A stretch of 64,000 nt of DNA from an uncultured Thermoproteaceae archaeon (GTDB lineage: Archaea > Thermoproteota > Thermoprotei > Thermoproteales > Thermocladiaceae): assembly GCA_964575955.1 (NCBI GenBank), contig CAZNTG010000006.1, positions 96,001 through 160,000 on the forward strand, given 5' to 3'. This document shows, piece after piece, positions 20,353 through 30,257 of this stretch. How positions within the stretch are numbered: the stretch's first letter is position 1; the number at the start of each line of letters is the position of its first letter. Both the position numbers and the translations under genes were made by a program. The notes under the pieces are model-generated. The model made no database searches and was not told where the DNA came from. It saw only the letters and a program-made list of their open reading frames with translations.

Positions 20353-20357
20353 AGTAT

Positions 20358-21431
20358 GTGAGATACAACTTCAAAAATAATCTTAACTATATGCATAAGA
20401 TGTTTAAAGAAGAGCTTGGTAGAGATATTAGAAGAGCATTGATAATAGCTGCAGGTGGTGGAGGTGATTCTGTAGGTGCATTACATACATACATGCTATT
20501 GAAGAGAGAAAATGTCAGACCAATACTAGGTGCATTACCATGGGAAAGACTTAGCATAGATCCATGTCCAGGACCTGTACCATTACACATGTTTAAGAAT
20601 ATTGTAAAAAATATTGAAAATACTTTAGCAATTGTAAATTCTAAAACATTTGTTAAGAGATGTTATAAAGTATTTAAAATACAGCTATGTAATGTTTTAG
20701 AAGTTATTAATGATGTTGGAATTATATATAATGCATATAGACCTGTTAAAGATATTGCAAAGATAATATATGAATACTGTATTCAGGAAGGTATTGATCT
20801 AGTAGTTGGATCTGACTCAGGTGGTGATATTCTTGGTACAGGTTTTGAAGATACTCTACTGAGCCCACTTGCAGATTCATACACGATGTCTATACTTAAT
20901 GAACTTGATAGACTTGGAATATATGTAATTGTTGGAATATTTGGACCGGGGTGTGATGGTGAGTTAAGTAGGGAGGAAATTATGAGAAGATTTGCAAAAA
21001 TTGCTGAGAAAGGATATTATCTATTTCATGTAGGTATAACTCCAAGCATTGCTAGAGAAATGTTGAAAGTTCTTGAAAAAGCACATACTGAGGCAAGTAG
21101 ACTACCTGTAGAGGCATATTTTGGAAAATTTGGAGAATACTATATTAGGAGAGGTGAGAGAAAAGTTATTTTAGATATTACATGTTCAGGAACATACTAC
21201 ATGTATGCTAGAGGAATTCTTGAAATAACTAAACTACCTGAAATATTGAAAGATAGTTTAAACATTCTACATGCACGTGAAATATTGAATAAGTATGGAA
21301 TAGTTACAGAATTAGATATTGAGATTGAACTTATTAGAAGAGGATTAGCAACTAAGAAGATAACTGCAGAAGAATTTATGAAAATAGTGGAAGAGTTGAA
21401 AAGTAGGATTAGGAAAACGAGACTACTCTAA
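20358..21431 (+). CDS. DUF1152 family protein
   Basis: [39 protein letters not shown]. Confidence 0.8.
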   Translation: MRYNFKNNLNYMHKMFKEELGRDIRRALIIAAGGGGDSVGALHTYMLLKRENVRPILGALPWERLSIDPCPGPVPLHMFKNIVKNIENTLAIVNSKTFVKRCYKVFKIQLCNVLEVINDVGIIYNAYRPVKDIAKIIYEYCIQEGIDLVVGSDSGGDILGTGFEDTLLSPLADSYTMSILNELDRLGIYVIVGIFGPGCDGELSREEIMRRFAKIAEKGYYLFHVGITPSIAREMLKVLEKAHTEASRLPVEAYFGKFGEYYIRRGERKVILDITCSGTYYMYARGILEITKLPEILKDSLNILHAREILNKYGIVTELDIEIELIRRGLATKKITAEEFMKIVEELKSRIRKTRLL

Positions 21432-21704
21432 CTCTTCTTCAACTCTTCTAGACTTAACATACGATACTACTAGTAAGATTATGAATATTATAAATGCTAT
21501 GAAGGCTAGAATACTCAATATTGATAAGATTGGACTCATATGTGAGATATTTCCAAATGCAATTATTGGAAATGGAAATATCCAAACAAAACCTGCAAAA
21601 TGTGTATGACCTCCATATGATAAATATGCAGCTAATGGTATACCAATAGCAATTATAAACATTCCAACAATAGTCAACACTAGACCAACAGTAAATAATC
21701 TCAT
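21423..21704 (-). CDS. Small membrane protein, DUF131-like
   Basis: Two TM segments around AGFVWIFPFPIIAFG. Confidence 0.6.
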   Translation of the reverse strand: MRLFTVGLVLTIVGMFIIAIGIPLAAYLSYGGHTHFAGFVWIFPFPIIAFGNISHMSPILSILSILAFIAFIIFIILLVVSYVKSRRVEEELE

Positions 21705-21740
21705 GAGATTTGGAGTAACACTACCAAAACTTATACCTAA

Positions 21741-22100
21741 CTAATGAGGAACTAAATGTACAGGTGCTGTAGGAAAGAATGCCCATATTAGAAATATTAT
21801 GAATATTATAAAGAAGAACACTAGAGAAAGTATAACAATAATCTCAAAAAGTCTAGAAGCTCTCTCAGATTTAATAACAATTGGAAAAGGACCAACAAGT
21901 ATAAGACCCTCAGACCTAACTCTCCTCTTCCTCTCCTTCTCCTCTCCCTTCTCTTCACTAATCTTCTCCTCAAACTCTCTCCTACTCTCAAGATACTCCT
22001 CAACTTTAGCAGAACTATGAAGAGCGTCAACCACCATAAGTATAAATCCTAGAAAAATTAAAGCAAGACCAATGATCAATACTAGAAATATAGACAACAT
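21741..22100 (-). CDS. DUF131 family membrane protein
   Basis: TM segment, charged linker, GLILVGPFPIV, TM segment. Confidence 0.7.
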   Translation of the reverse strand: MLSIFLVLIIGLALIFLGFILMVVDALHSSAKVEEYLESRREFEEKISEEKGEEKERKRRVRSEGLILVGPFPIVIKSERASRLFEIIVILSLVFFFIIFIIFLIWAFFPTAPVHLVPH

Positions 22101-22169
22101 ACATCTCGTAAAGAAATTATCAGAAATTTAAAAATATAGACATATGAAATAGAAATATCTTAAATAGAG

Positions 22170-22255
22170 CATGTAGAGAAAGATGAAGATAGGGAAGGAA
22201 AAGAGAAGAAATGGAAGAAAGAAATGATTTATTTAAGAGAGGAGAAAAAGAGGAT
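22170..22255 (-). terminator. Long pyrimidine-rich tract downstream of the S-layer gene (likely terminator region)
   Basis: Plus strand is almost entirely A/G, so the transcript would be U/C-rich just after the stop codon. Confidence 0.45.
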
Positions 22256-22286
22256 TTTTGTTAAATATTAGATTTCTTGACCTATC

Positions 22287-25200
22287 TTACCTTTGTGATG
22301 GTGGTCCTAGTACTGATACTAATCTCTTTCTTCTCCAGTGCTGGTACTCTATCAATCCAATCACTATTATGATTATCACAATGAAGATTATCACAATCCA
22401 TAGTGCTATCTGCTGCCATGATACATAGCCAACGCCTGGCCACCACCATCCAGTTACTGGGACCTTAACCTTTAGCTCGTATGTTGTTGGCTTTGATATT
22501 TCTATTGTGTAGGTCTTAGACTTTACATTTCCTGGTGCTGTTGCCATTGCTACACATGTTATTGGTGTTGTAGCTACATTCTTTGGTAGTGGTAGTATGA
22601 AGCTTAGCTTACCTTTACCATATCCTGTGTATATTACCTTACCTCCATATGTACAGTTTACACTTATGGATGCTATGTTTAGTGGACTGCCGCTTGCACT
22701 GACTGCTAATACCTTCACTTCAGCTCCTGGTATTGTTATTACTGGAGTTACTACTGATGATGGTGTCAGCTCGTAGGTCTCTTCATATCCTAGTGGTAGT
22801 CCATTCACACTTAGAACTTTCACAACTAGCTTTGTTGCACCTAGTGCTGCTACATGTACTGGACTTACTGTTACTGTTCCACTACTGCCTGTTGTTAATG
22901 TCCATGTTGCTGCCTTAACAGTGGTTAGTGACTTCATGTTTGGAACTATGTATGGTCCATATGTTGCATATGTTACTGCTGGTACATACTCTGTAACTTC
23001 TACCTTAGCTCCAGCTAGCGGTTCTGTCACTACTCCTGGAACTTGTAGTTGTACTGTTACTGGTATCTTTAGATATGCTGTACTGACCTTAACAGTTGTT
23101 ACAAATACTGGGTTTGTTGATCCTCTCTGTAGGCTTAGTGGATAGTTTAGTAGTACTGGTACTAGGTATGTCTTACCTCCTGATGTTATTGGTATGAATA
23201 CGTCTACTAGTAGGTTGCTTGCTGGTACTGAGCTTACACTACCTGCAAATGCTGTTCTTATATCTCTAATTACTGCTCCTCCAGTACTGTTTAGTATTGC
23301 TGATGCGTAGAAGTATTGTCCTCCAGTTGCTGCATCCTTTACAACTACTACAGCATTCTTCAGTGGTAATCCTGTCTTTGTCAATACTTGTAGTACTAGT
23401 GAGTATACCCATGTGTATACTAGGCTTACATTCTGCTGTGCATTACCTAGCTTCTGTACATCTTCCTGCTTAGCACTATCATATATTACTATTGGTACTG
23501 CATATGAGCTAAATGATGCTACTGGTGCATCTCCTCTTGGTCTACATACTGTGAATAGATATCTTACATAGCTGTCATACCAGAATATCATTACTCTAGC
23601 ACCATATGGTAGTACTGATAGTAGACTGCCGTTTGGTCCTATGAATGTTATTGCCATTGGATGACATAGGTCTCTCGATACGTTGTCAAATACTACCACT
23701 GTGGCATTTACTATTGGTTTACCATTCCATCCAAATACCTTGCTTAGGCCGTATATTGCTTCTGGTCCTAGGAATAGCTTACCTACAGGTACCCATCCAC
23801 CACTTACTGACATGACCTTAACCTTAACTCCTAGCTTGTTCACTCTAATTACTGCTGGTTCTCTATATACTGTAAATGCGTAGTATATGTCTGATCTTGT
23901 TGTCCAGTTAATAGCTATCTCATACTTCACTAGCTCGTCTGGTGTTACAACTATCTTCTTCATTGTTGGTGTGTAGAATGTGTAGCTTGGTGGCCAGTAC
24001 TTGTATGCTATCTTTGGCTCTGGTACATATTCTACAAACATCTTACTCTTGTATGTTAGGCATGGTACTGCATCAGCATTTACTAGGAATGTTGGTCCTA
24101 GTAGGTATGCTATTTCACCTGTCTTGTTAGTCTTGCTTGGTAGTACTAGTGGCTTTGTTGTTGACTTTACAACTATGTCAAATGTGTTGTTGTTGTAGAA
24201 TCTTATCAATGTTTCAGGTATTGAGTTTAGTGTTACTACACTTGGCATTACACCTACACTGAATAGTTTCTCATTCTTTGTTGCGTAGTTGTATATTAGT
24301 GTTGATGTTGCACCTGTTAATGGTCCTAGTGTTATTGCTTTACGCTCAACTACGTCAGCCTCACCTGTTAGTCCAACATATACCTTGCTTACGTTTACAT
24401 TCATTCTTGCAAAGTTTAATAGTGCGTATGTGCGTGGCTTAACTATTAGGTATGGTACTCCACTTACCTCAGACACATTAATGCCGAAGTACTCTCTTGA
24501 ACTGAATGGTCCACATGTCCAGTATCTACATACTACTACGCCACTGCTTGTTGGGAAGCATGTTATGTTACGTTCTACATATCTTGGAGTCTCGTTAATT
24601 ATGTATATTCTTGCTATATGAGCACCTCTCAATACGTTTGTTGTTATTGTCCACTCTGGTAGTGGTATTCTCACTACACCATTGTCAACATTTACTAGTA
24701 GTAGTAATGGACTTCCGAAGTAGTATCTCCATGCTGTGCCAGGTAGTAGCTTCTCTAGGTATAGTGATGTTGTCTCTACTGTTCCGTTTGGTAGTTGTAG
24801 TACACGTACTTCTGTCTCAGTAATGTTGAATGGTGTTCCACGCCATATTCCTGCAGTTATGTTCAATGTTCCGTATCCTGTACCGTTAACCCATATAATT
24901 ATCTTGACTCTCTTCTCAATATCGTAAATCTTACTATGATTTACAGGTACTAGCATTACTAATACTCTTGGTGTCTGTAGAATCTTCTCAACAGCCTTAG
25001 TGATGTTTACTGGTGATACTAGTACTACTCTCTTCAACTCACCTCCAGATGTGTATTCTGCTATCATTGATACTGTCAAGTTAGTTATCTCATATAGATC
25101 ACTTGCATTAACCATCAAGTATAGTGCTCCAATATCATACTTGAACACGTTTCTAATAATTAGCTTCTTCTTCTCAACCTTACTTAATGATAGTGATACT

Positions 25201-28200
25201 AGTGCACTAGTCTTCTTGTATATCATGTATGGTGCTTCTAACAACTCCGAGAGTGGTAATCCATATGGTATAGATCTTCTCAATGCCTTCGCTGATGCAA
25301 AGCTTGTTATGTTTAGTATAGTTGGCTTTCCATTAACGTAAACTACTAGATGTAGCATTCCGTAGTATAGTGTCATATTAATTCCTAGTGATCCGTTTGG
25401 TAGTAATTCTATTCCAGTATCTGGCATGTACTTTTCGTTTCCTGTTACTGCCATTAAGCTTGGTAGTATGTACGTTACATTTTCGTATGTCTCATTTTCG
25501 TACATTCCGATTATTGATGGAACTCCAACAATTGCATTTGTTGTGTTAAATCCGTTCACTATTGGTAACACGTTTACTAATGCCGTACCTGTATGTACTG
25601 TGAATGTCCTTGCTAGTGTATCTGCGAATAGTAGTCCTAGGAATACGTGTCTTAGTGTCTCATTGTCTCTCGTGTATAGCTTGAATGTTACTGGCTTTAC
25701 AGTGCTTACTATTACTATACTTCCAGGCTTTACTGTTACCTTCTTACCTGTCATTGTTGTTAGTGTTATTGGCTTAGTGACGTTTATTGTTGTGCCGTTT
25801 GGTAGTACTATGTAAGTCATGTTGTATGGTGGTATTGTTATTACATTGTCAAAGACCTTATAGCCTAGGTAGTATACCTGTGCTTCATATGTCTGTCCTG
25901 GTAGTATGACTCTCCACACGTTACCTGCTCCAAATATTGGTGATATGTAGAATAGTGCGTATGGTGTGCTTGATGATGCATTAGCTATTAATGCTGCTGC
26001 GACATAGTAGCTCATGTTTACCATGTAATCTTTTAACCATGCATCTTCTCCAGTCTCTTCATACTTCGTTAATGCAACCTCAGCATCATGTCTATAGCTC
26101 TTTGCAAGTTCTTCATACCTCTCCTTAGCCCAATTCATACCTATCATTCTGAAGTCTGCAAGTTTGACTAAGTTAGCCATACTTGATTTGCTATACACTG
26201 TACCGTTGATTACTAGAGTCAGGTTGTATAGTATTACTGGACATCTTAATGGTACTGAGCATGGATATACTGGTAGTGTGTTTAGTAGTACTAGCTTACC
26301 ACTGTCATTGTAGACTACGTATACTGGAACTTTTCTAATGTTTACTATTCTCAGTGCAATGTTCTTTCCAACTGTTGCCGGTACTGTTATCTTCGTAACA
26401 TTTGCCACTAGTCCAGCATCTAGTGATGCACGTGTACCTAATGTGTATACCCACTCTGTTGGTTTGTAGCCTAATATTAGTGATGCATATTCTGCATAGT
26501 TGTTGTGATATTCTGCTAAGGTTCTGTTTACATTTATATGTTCTATGAACCACTTCTTATCATCCTTTGGTATTATTGTTCTAACTACAACTATTACACT
26601 TCTATTAGCTGGTAGTGCACCGATATATGCTAAACCTTGATCATTTGTGATCGCTCTCCATAACTCTTCACCAGTCTTTGTACTGAATACCTGTATTACA
26701 AATCCTGGAAGTGGTACTCCACTGCTTGACTCAACCTTGAACCACTCATACACTATTGGGAATGCTATCTCTGTCCATGTTAATCCACGTAGTAGCTGTG
26801 TTATTGTTAACTTCACAGGCTTTCCTGTTGTTCTATTCACTGCATATAGTGTATATCCTGCATAGTTTAGTATGAATGTGTATGTTGCCTTTGTCTTCTC
26901 AACTGTTGGCCAACCTTCTTTGAATGTTACTGGTACTGGTATTAGTAGTTGCTGTACATAGCGTGCTGGTACTGTTGCAATTACCTCAGGTTTACCAGCG
27001 ACATATCTTACTACTGATACTGTTGCTGATACACCTGCAGGTAGTGCAGTTATTAATGGCTTACCGTATAGTGTTGTGAAGTATGTCATTACAGTTACGA
27101 ATGCTGATGCAACTAGTAGGTTAACTGCTGTTACCTTCTCTGCAGTTACTCCAGTTATCACAGGTACTGTTGATGTGTATGGGAATGCTTGACCTTCCCA
27201 ATATCCACCAACTGTGTAGAACTTGTTTGTTCTATTCCACATTGATGAGAAGTTTGGAATCTTACTCTTCTTATAGACATTCAACACCTTGTAACCACCT
27301 ACAGGCCATACCCATGCATTTACTGCTGTGACATTTGTACCTACTAATCTTGAGTATGATCCTACAGCAAACTCTCCAACACCTATAGTTATAGGTCCAT
27401 ACTTCACATAGACTGTGTAGTAGTAGTATGTCTCATTTGTTCTTGGACCGATAATGCGTACTGATGTTAGTGATGTAATGTTATACTCTACTGGTGCTGC
27501 AGTTACTAGGTATATTACAGGTGATAGCTGTAATGCACCTGCAATGTATGTTGGTCTTGCAGCTACTGCATCATCTAGATCACATGAGAATGTTACTGAT
27601 AGGTTTGCATATAGTGTTCCTGGTGCTGCAATGTACATTGACCTGTATATTAGTACTCTCATGTTTCTGTATAGTATTGGAGTTATTGATAGTTTAGGTG
27701 CTGCAGTTACGTTAATTCCAGGTACATATCTTCTAATTCTTATAACTACTGGTACTATGCTTGTCTTAAGTATTACATTACTGACTGGGAACTTTACTTC
27801 GGTCATTTTGAATATTGTCTTATTAACTAGCTTAGTTATGTCAAATCTAGCAACCATGTCATAGTGGTAGTATATCTCTACATAGAAGTGGTGAATCTCA
27901 AATGATGGACCTCTATATACGTACTTTGGTATGTATGACTCATTTATGTATATGTCGAAGTATCTTGTACCTACTAATGTTGCGTAGTTCTCAGGTCCTG
28001 TTGATATGAATATCCTCTTGCCTGTTGTAGTTACTTCATACCAGCGGTAGCTCAACATGTTGAATAGTTCTGTTGGTAGCTTTGTTCCAAGTAGTGATCT
28101 AAGCTTTGATGTGTCTAGTATGTATGTTGTTTTTGGAACATTTACAAATGCGTATGGTTGTAATCTATACTTTATGCCTACAGCTTTTGGATTATATGCG

Positions 28201-29570
28201 TAGCCGTATAGGCCAACTGCTAATACTGTGAAGTTCTTTAATGTTGTGAAGTTTGGTAATGCTATGACTCCAAAGTTTGTTAGTGAGTATGGCTTTGTAA
28301 TTACATCAAGAGTCTTCATGTATTCTCCAGTTAGCTTAGTCATGTAGTAGATCTCGATTCTGTAATATACAGAGCTGAATGGCTTCTGAACTTTAACAAC
28401 TAGAGCTCTAAAGTGCTTGAACTGTGGTGGTGGTAATATCTCTAAACCTTCGTATAGTGCAGTTGTGTAGTAGATTGGTCCAAATGTACACTTTCCAATC
28501 ATGTTTGTAACAGTCTCATTATACATCAACTCTGGATAGATTACCTGCTTTCCTGTTGGTAGGTACTGTGTTACTGTAATCTTGTAGTAGTTACAGTATG
28601 TCTTCGTGTCATTAACAACTATGAAGAATGCCTGTATGTATGGTAGCCAGAATGCCTTCTCAACCCAGAATGGGAACTCCTCAACACCAAGACCATAGTA
28701 GTTGTATGTGTATAGTAGCTTTCCTGTTGCTGATTCATATATATTAACTATCTGTGTTGCTGGCGATAGCTTATATGGTAGGTTTGGAGTTACGTTAAGT
28801 CTTAGATACTTTGTCTTTGGAATATATATGTATATGTCGTATTTTGCATTCTTTGCGACTATATATGGTGTTCCATTGATGTAGATGTTTGCAAGTATGT
28901 CATTTGTATCAAGCTTATCTAATATGTGGTAGTATGTTGTACTGTTGATTACTGGTAGACCCATCTTTCCAGTCTCAATTCTTGATAATATTCTGAGAAC
29001 TGATACTAGTGGCATTGGTATTGCCGTTGTGAAGTTTGCAGCTAACCACCATTTACCCCAAGCTTTTACTAGGATTATGATTTTCCAAAATGCTATTAAG
29101 TTAATTATAGATTGTGGTACCTTCACTACGAAGAGTACTCCACCAGTACTGTTTGCTTCTGCTGTTACTGTTATATTTATTGGTGTTGGATATATCTCAA
29201 AGTAGTGTGTTGTAGTTTCGTAGTATGGTGTTGATGCATTAACTATGATTAGCTTAAATTCTTTACCTGCTGTGAAGTAGTAAGGTGATGCATTGTATAG
29301 GAATAGTTTGTATATGTTCTTACCATATAGTGCCTCCCATACCTGTGTAGGTATGCCGTGTATTGGTGGTATTCCTACAGTAATCATTAGTGATGGTGTG
29401 CCTGTTACATTTATTCTTGCATCTGTCATGTTTAGACTTATGTTATATATTAGTAGTTTTTCTGGTGTTGCGTGGACTATTGTTGTTATTCCTACTAGTC
29501 CTAATATTGTTACTAGTACTGCTAGAGTTGTTATTATTGCGAGTCTGTTTAAGGTGTTACTTTTGGGCAT
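22287..29570 (-). CDS. Giant membrane-anchored surface glycoprotein, probable S-layer protein (2427 aa)
   Basis: Signal peptide (MPKSNTLNRLAIITTLAVLVTILG...VHA); T/V/Y/P-rich beta-type body with many N-x-S/T sequons; C-terminal TM followed by HWRRKR; strong codon bias. Confidence 0.8.
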   Translation of the reverse strand: MPKSNTLNRLAIITTLAVLVTILGLVGITTIVHATPEKLLIYNISLNMTDARINVTGTPSLMITVGIPPIHGIPTQVWEALYGKNIYKLFLYNASPYYFTAGKEFKLIIVNASTPYYETTTHYFEIYPTPINITVTAEANSTGGVLFVVKVPQSIINLIAFWKIIILVKAWGKWWLAANFTTAIPMPLVSVLRILSRIETGKMGLPVINSTTYYHILDKLDTNDILANIYINGTPYIVAKNAKYDIYIYIPKTKYLRLNVTPNLPYKLSPATQIVNIYESATGKLLYTYNYYGLGVEEFPFWVEKAFWLPYIQAFFIVVNDTKTYCNYYKITVTQYLPTGKQVIYPELMYNETVTNMIGKCTFGPIYYTTALYEGLEILPPPQFKHFRALVVKVQKPFSSVYYRIEIYYMTKLTGEYMKTLDVITKPYSLTNFGVIALPNFTTLKNFTVLAVGLYGYAYNPKAVGIKYRLQPYAFVNVPKTTYILDTSKLRSLLGTKLPTELFNMLSYRWYEVTTTGKRIFISTGPENYATLVGTRYFDIYINESYIPKYVYRGPSFEIHHFYVEIYYHYDMVARFDITKLVNKTIFKMTEVKFPVSNVILKTSIVPVVIRIRRYVPGINVTAAPKLSITPILYRNMRVLIYRSMYIAAPGTLYANLSVTFSCDLDDAVAARPTYIAGALQLSPVIYLVTAAPVEYNITSLTSVRIIGPRTNETYYYYTVYVKYGPITIGVGEFAVGSYSRLVGTNVTAVNAWVWPVGGYKVLNVYKKSKIPNFSSMWNRTNKFYTVGGYWEGQAFPYTSTVPVITGVTAEKVTAVNLLVASAFVTVMTYFTTLYGKPLITALPAGVSATVSVVRYVAGKPEVIATVPARYVQQLLIPVPVTFKEGWPTVEKTKATYTFILNYAGYTLYAVNRTTGKPVKLTITQLLRGLTWTEIAFPIVYEWFKVESSSGVPLPGFVIQVFSTKTGEELWRAITNDQGLAYIGALPANRSVIVVVRTIIPKDDKKWFIEHINVNRTLAEYHNNYAEYASLILGYKPTEWVYTLGTRASLDAGLVANVTKITVPATVGKNIALRIVNIRKVPVYVVYNDSGKLVLLNTLPVYPCSVPLRCPVILYNLTLVINGTVYSKSSMANLVKLADFRMIGMNWAKERYEELAKSYRHDAEVALTKYEETGEDAWLKDYMVNMSYYVAAALIANASSSTPYALFYISPIFGAGNVWRVILPGQTYEAQVYYLGYKVFDNVITIPPYNMTYIVLPNGTTINVTKPITLTTMTGKKVTVKPGSIVIVSTVKPVTFKLYTRDNETLRHVFLGLLFADTLARTFTVHTGTALVNVLPIVNGFNTTNAIVGVPSIIGMYENETYENVTYILPSLMAVTGNEKYMPDTGIELLPNGSLGINMTLYYGMLHLVVYVNGKPTILNITSFASAKALRRSIPYGLPLSELLEAPYMIYKKTSALVSLSLSKVEKKKLIIRNVFKYDIGALYLMVNASDLYEITNLTVSMIAEYTSGGELKRVVLVSPVNITKAVEKILQTPRVLVMLVPVNHSKIYDIEKRVKIIIWVNGTGYGTLNITAGIWRGTPFNITETEVRVLQLPNGTVETTSLYLEKLLPGTAWRYYFGSPLLLLVNVDNGVVRIPLPEWTITTNVLRGAHIARIYIINETPRYVERNITCFPTSSGVVVCRYWTCGPFSSREYFGINVSEVSGVPYLIVKPRTYALLNFARMNVNVSKVYVGLTGEADVVERKAITLGPLTGATSTLIYNYATKNEKLFSVGVMPSVVTLNSIPETLIRFYNNNTFDIVVKSTTKPLVLPSKTNKTGEIAYLLGPTFLVNADAVPCLTYKSKMFVEYVPEPKIAYKYWPPSYTFYTPTMKKIVVTPDELVKYEIAINWTTRSDIYYAFTVYREPAVIRVNKLGVKVKVMSVSGGWVPVGKLFLGPEAIYGLSKVFGWNGKPIVNATVVVFDNVSRDLCHPMAITFIGPNGSLLSVLPYGARVMIFWYDSYVRYLFTVCRPRGDAPVASFSSYAVPIVIYDSAKQEDVQKLGNAQQNVSLVYTWVYSLVLQVLTKTGLPLKNAVVVVKDAATGGQYFYASAILNSTGGAVIRDIRTAFAGSVSSVPASNLLVDVFIPITSGGKTYLVPVLLNYPLSLQRGSTNPVFVTTVKVSTAYLKIPVTVQLQVPGVVTEPLAGAKVEVTEYVPAVTYATYGPYIVPNMKSLTTVKAATWTLTTGSSGTVTVSPVHVAALGATKLVVKVLSVNGLPLGYEETYELTPSSVVTPVITIPGAEVKVLAVSASGSPLNIASISVNCTYGGKVIYTGYGKGKLSFILPLPKNVATTPITCVAMATAPGNVKSKTYTIEISKPTTYELKVKVPVTGWWWPGVGYVSWQQIALWIVIIFIVIIIIVIGLIEYQHWRRKRLVSVLGPPSQR

Positions 29571-29623
29571 ATGACTCGGTACTGTGTTTGCTTGAGTTTA
29601 TTTTTAAGGTATACGCGTGGTAC

Positions 29624-29659
29624 ATGGTGTACTGTATGGTGAACTGTATGGTGTACGTG
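29624..29659. repeat. Three imperfect 12-bp tandem repeats upstream of the S-layer promoter
   Basis: ATGGTGTACTGT ATGGTGAACTGT ATGGTGTACGTG. Confidence 0.75.
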
Positions 29660-29717
29660 TATGTATTGTACACATGAATTAATTTTTATATTTAGGTCTT
29701 CTTTGAGGAGAGTGCGT

Positions 29718-30254
29718 ATGAGGTGTCTCCTGTTAGTACTAGACACATCTTGGAGAGGAGAATATCCAAATATAGTACAGGCATTGAAAGAGACTGGTAA
29801 TGATGTTGATGTTGGTATAGTGTCTCCAGATGTTGATGTTAACTATAGGTATGAGCTTGTATATGAGAAGTATGATGTTCAAGAGCTTGTAGATAGCTAT
29901 GATGCATTTGGCATTGTTGGTGGTTATAGACTATACTACATTACGTGTGGTAAGAGGTTTCCATGTAGAAAGTTGGAGTCTCCTAAGATAAATATGCAGG
30001 TTGTTGATGAAGTTGTTAAGAGAGCATTTGAGCAGAATAAGCTTATTATTGCTCCAATTGCAGCACCTGCATATCTTGCAAAACTTGGAATTTTGAAAGG
30101 TAGGAAAGCAACAGTATACCCAACTACAGATCTAATAAAGATACTTGTTGAGAATGGTGTTGAATTTGTTAATGATGTTGTTGTTAGAGATGGAAATGTT
30201 ATAACTCTAAAGAAGATAGATGTTGAAGAACTTAAGAAGAAGCTTGTAAGCTAG
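29718..30254 (+). CDS. DJ-1/PfpI family protein (atypical nucleophile elbow)
   Basis: YDAFGIVGG, GILKGRKATVYP, VVRDGNVIT; GAGGAG RBS at 29705-29710 supports a start at 29718 rather than 29661. Confidence 0.8.
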   Translation: MRCLLLVLDTSWRGEYPNIVQALKETGNDVDVGIVSPDVDVNYRYELVYEKYDVQELVDSYDAFGIVGGYRLYYITCGKRFPCRKLESPKINMQVVDEVVKRAFEQNKLIIAPIAAPAYLAKLGILKGRKATVYPTTDLIKILVENGVEFVNDVVVRDGNVITLKKIDVEELKKKLVS

Positions 30255-30257
30255 TTT

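Noticed and set aside
29624-29659. Tandem repeats as a possible CRISPR array
   Set aside because: The units are 12 bp with no spacers, and there are no cas genes in the window.
22733-29746. Many plus-strand ORFs (60-136 aa) inside or overlapping the S-layer gene, and the 29549-29746 minus ORF
   Set aside because: They are antisense shadows caused by the strong codon bias and carry no motifs. The HHTVHHTVHH ORF is just the 12-bp repeat translated.
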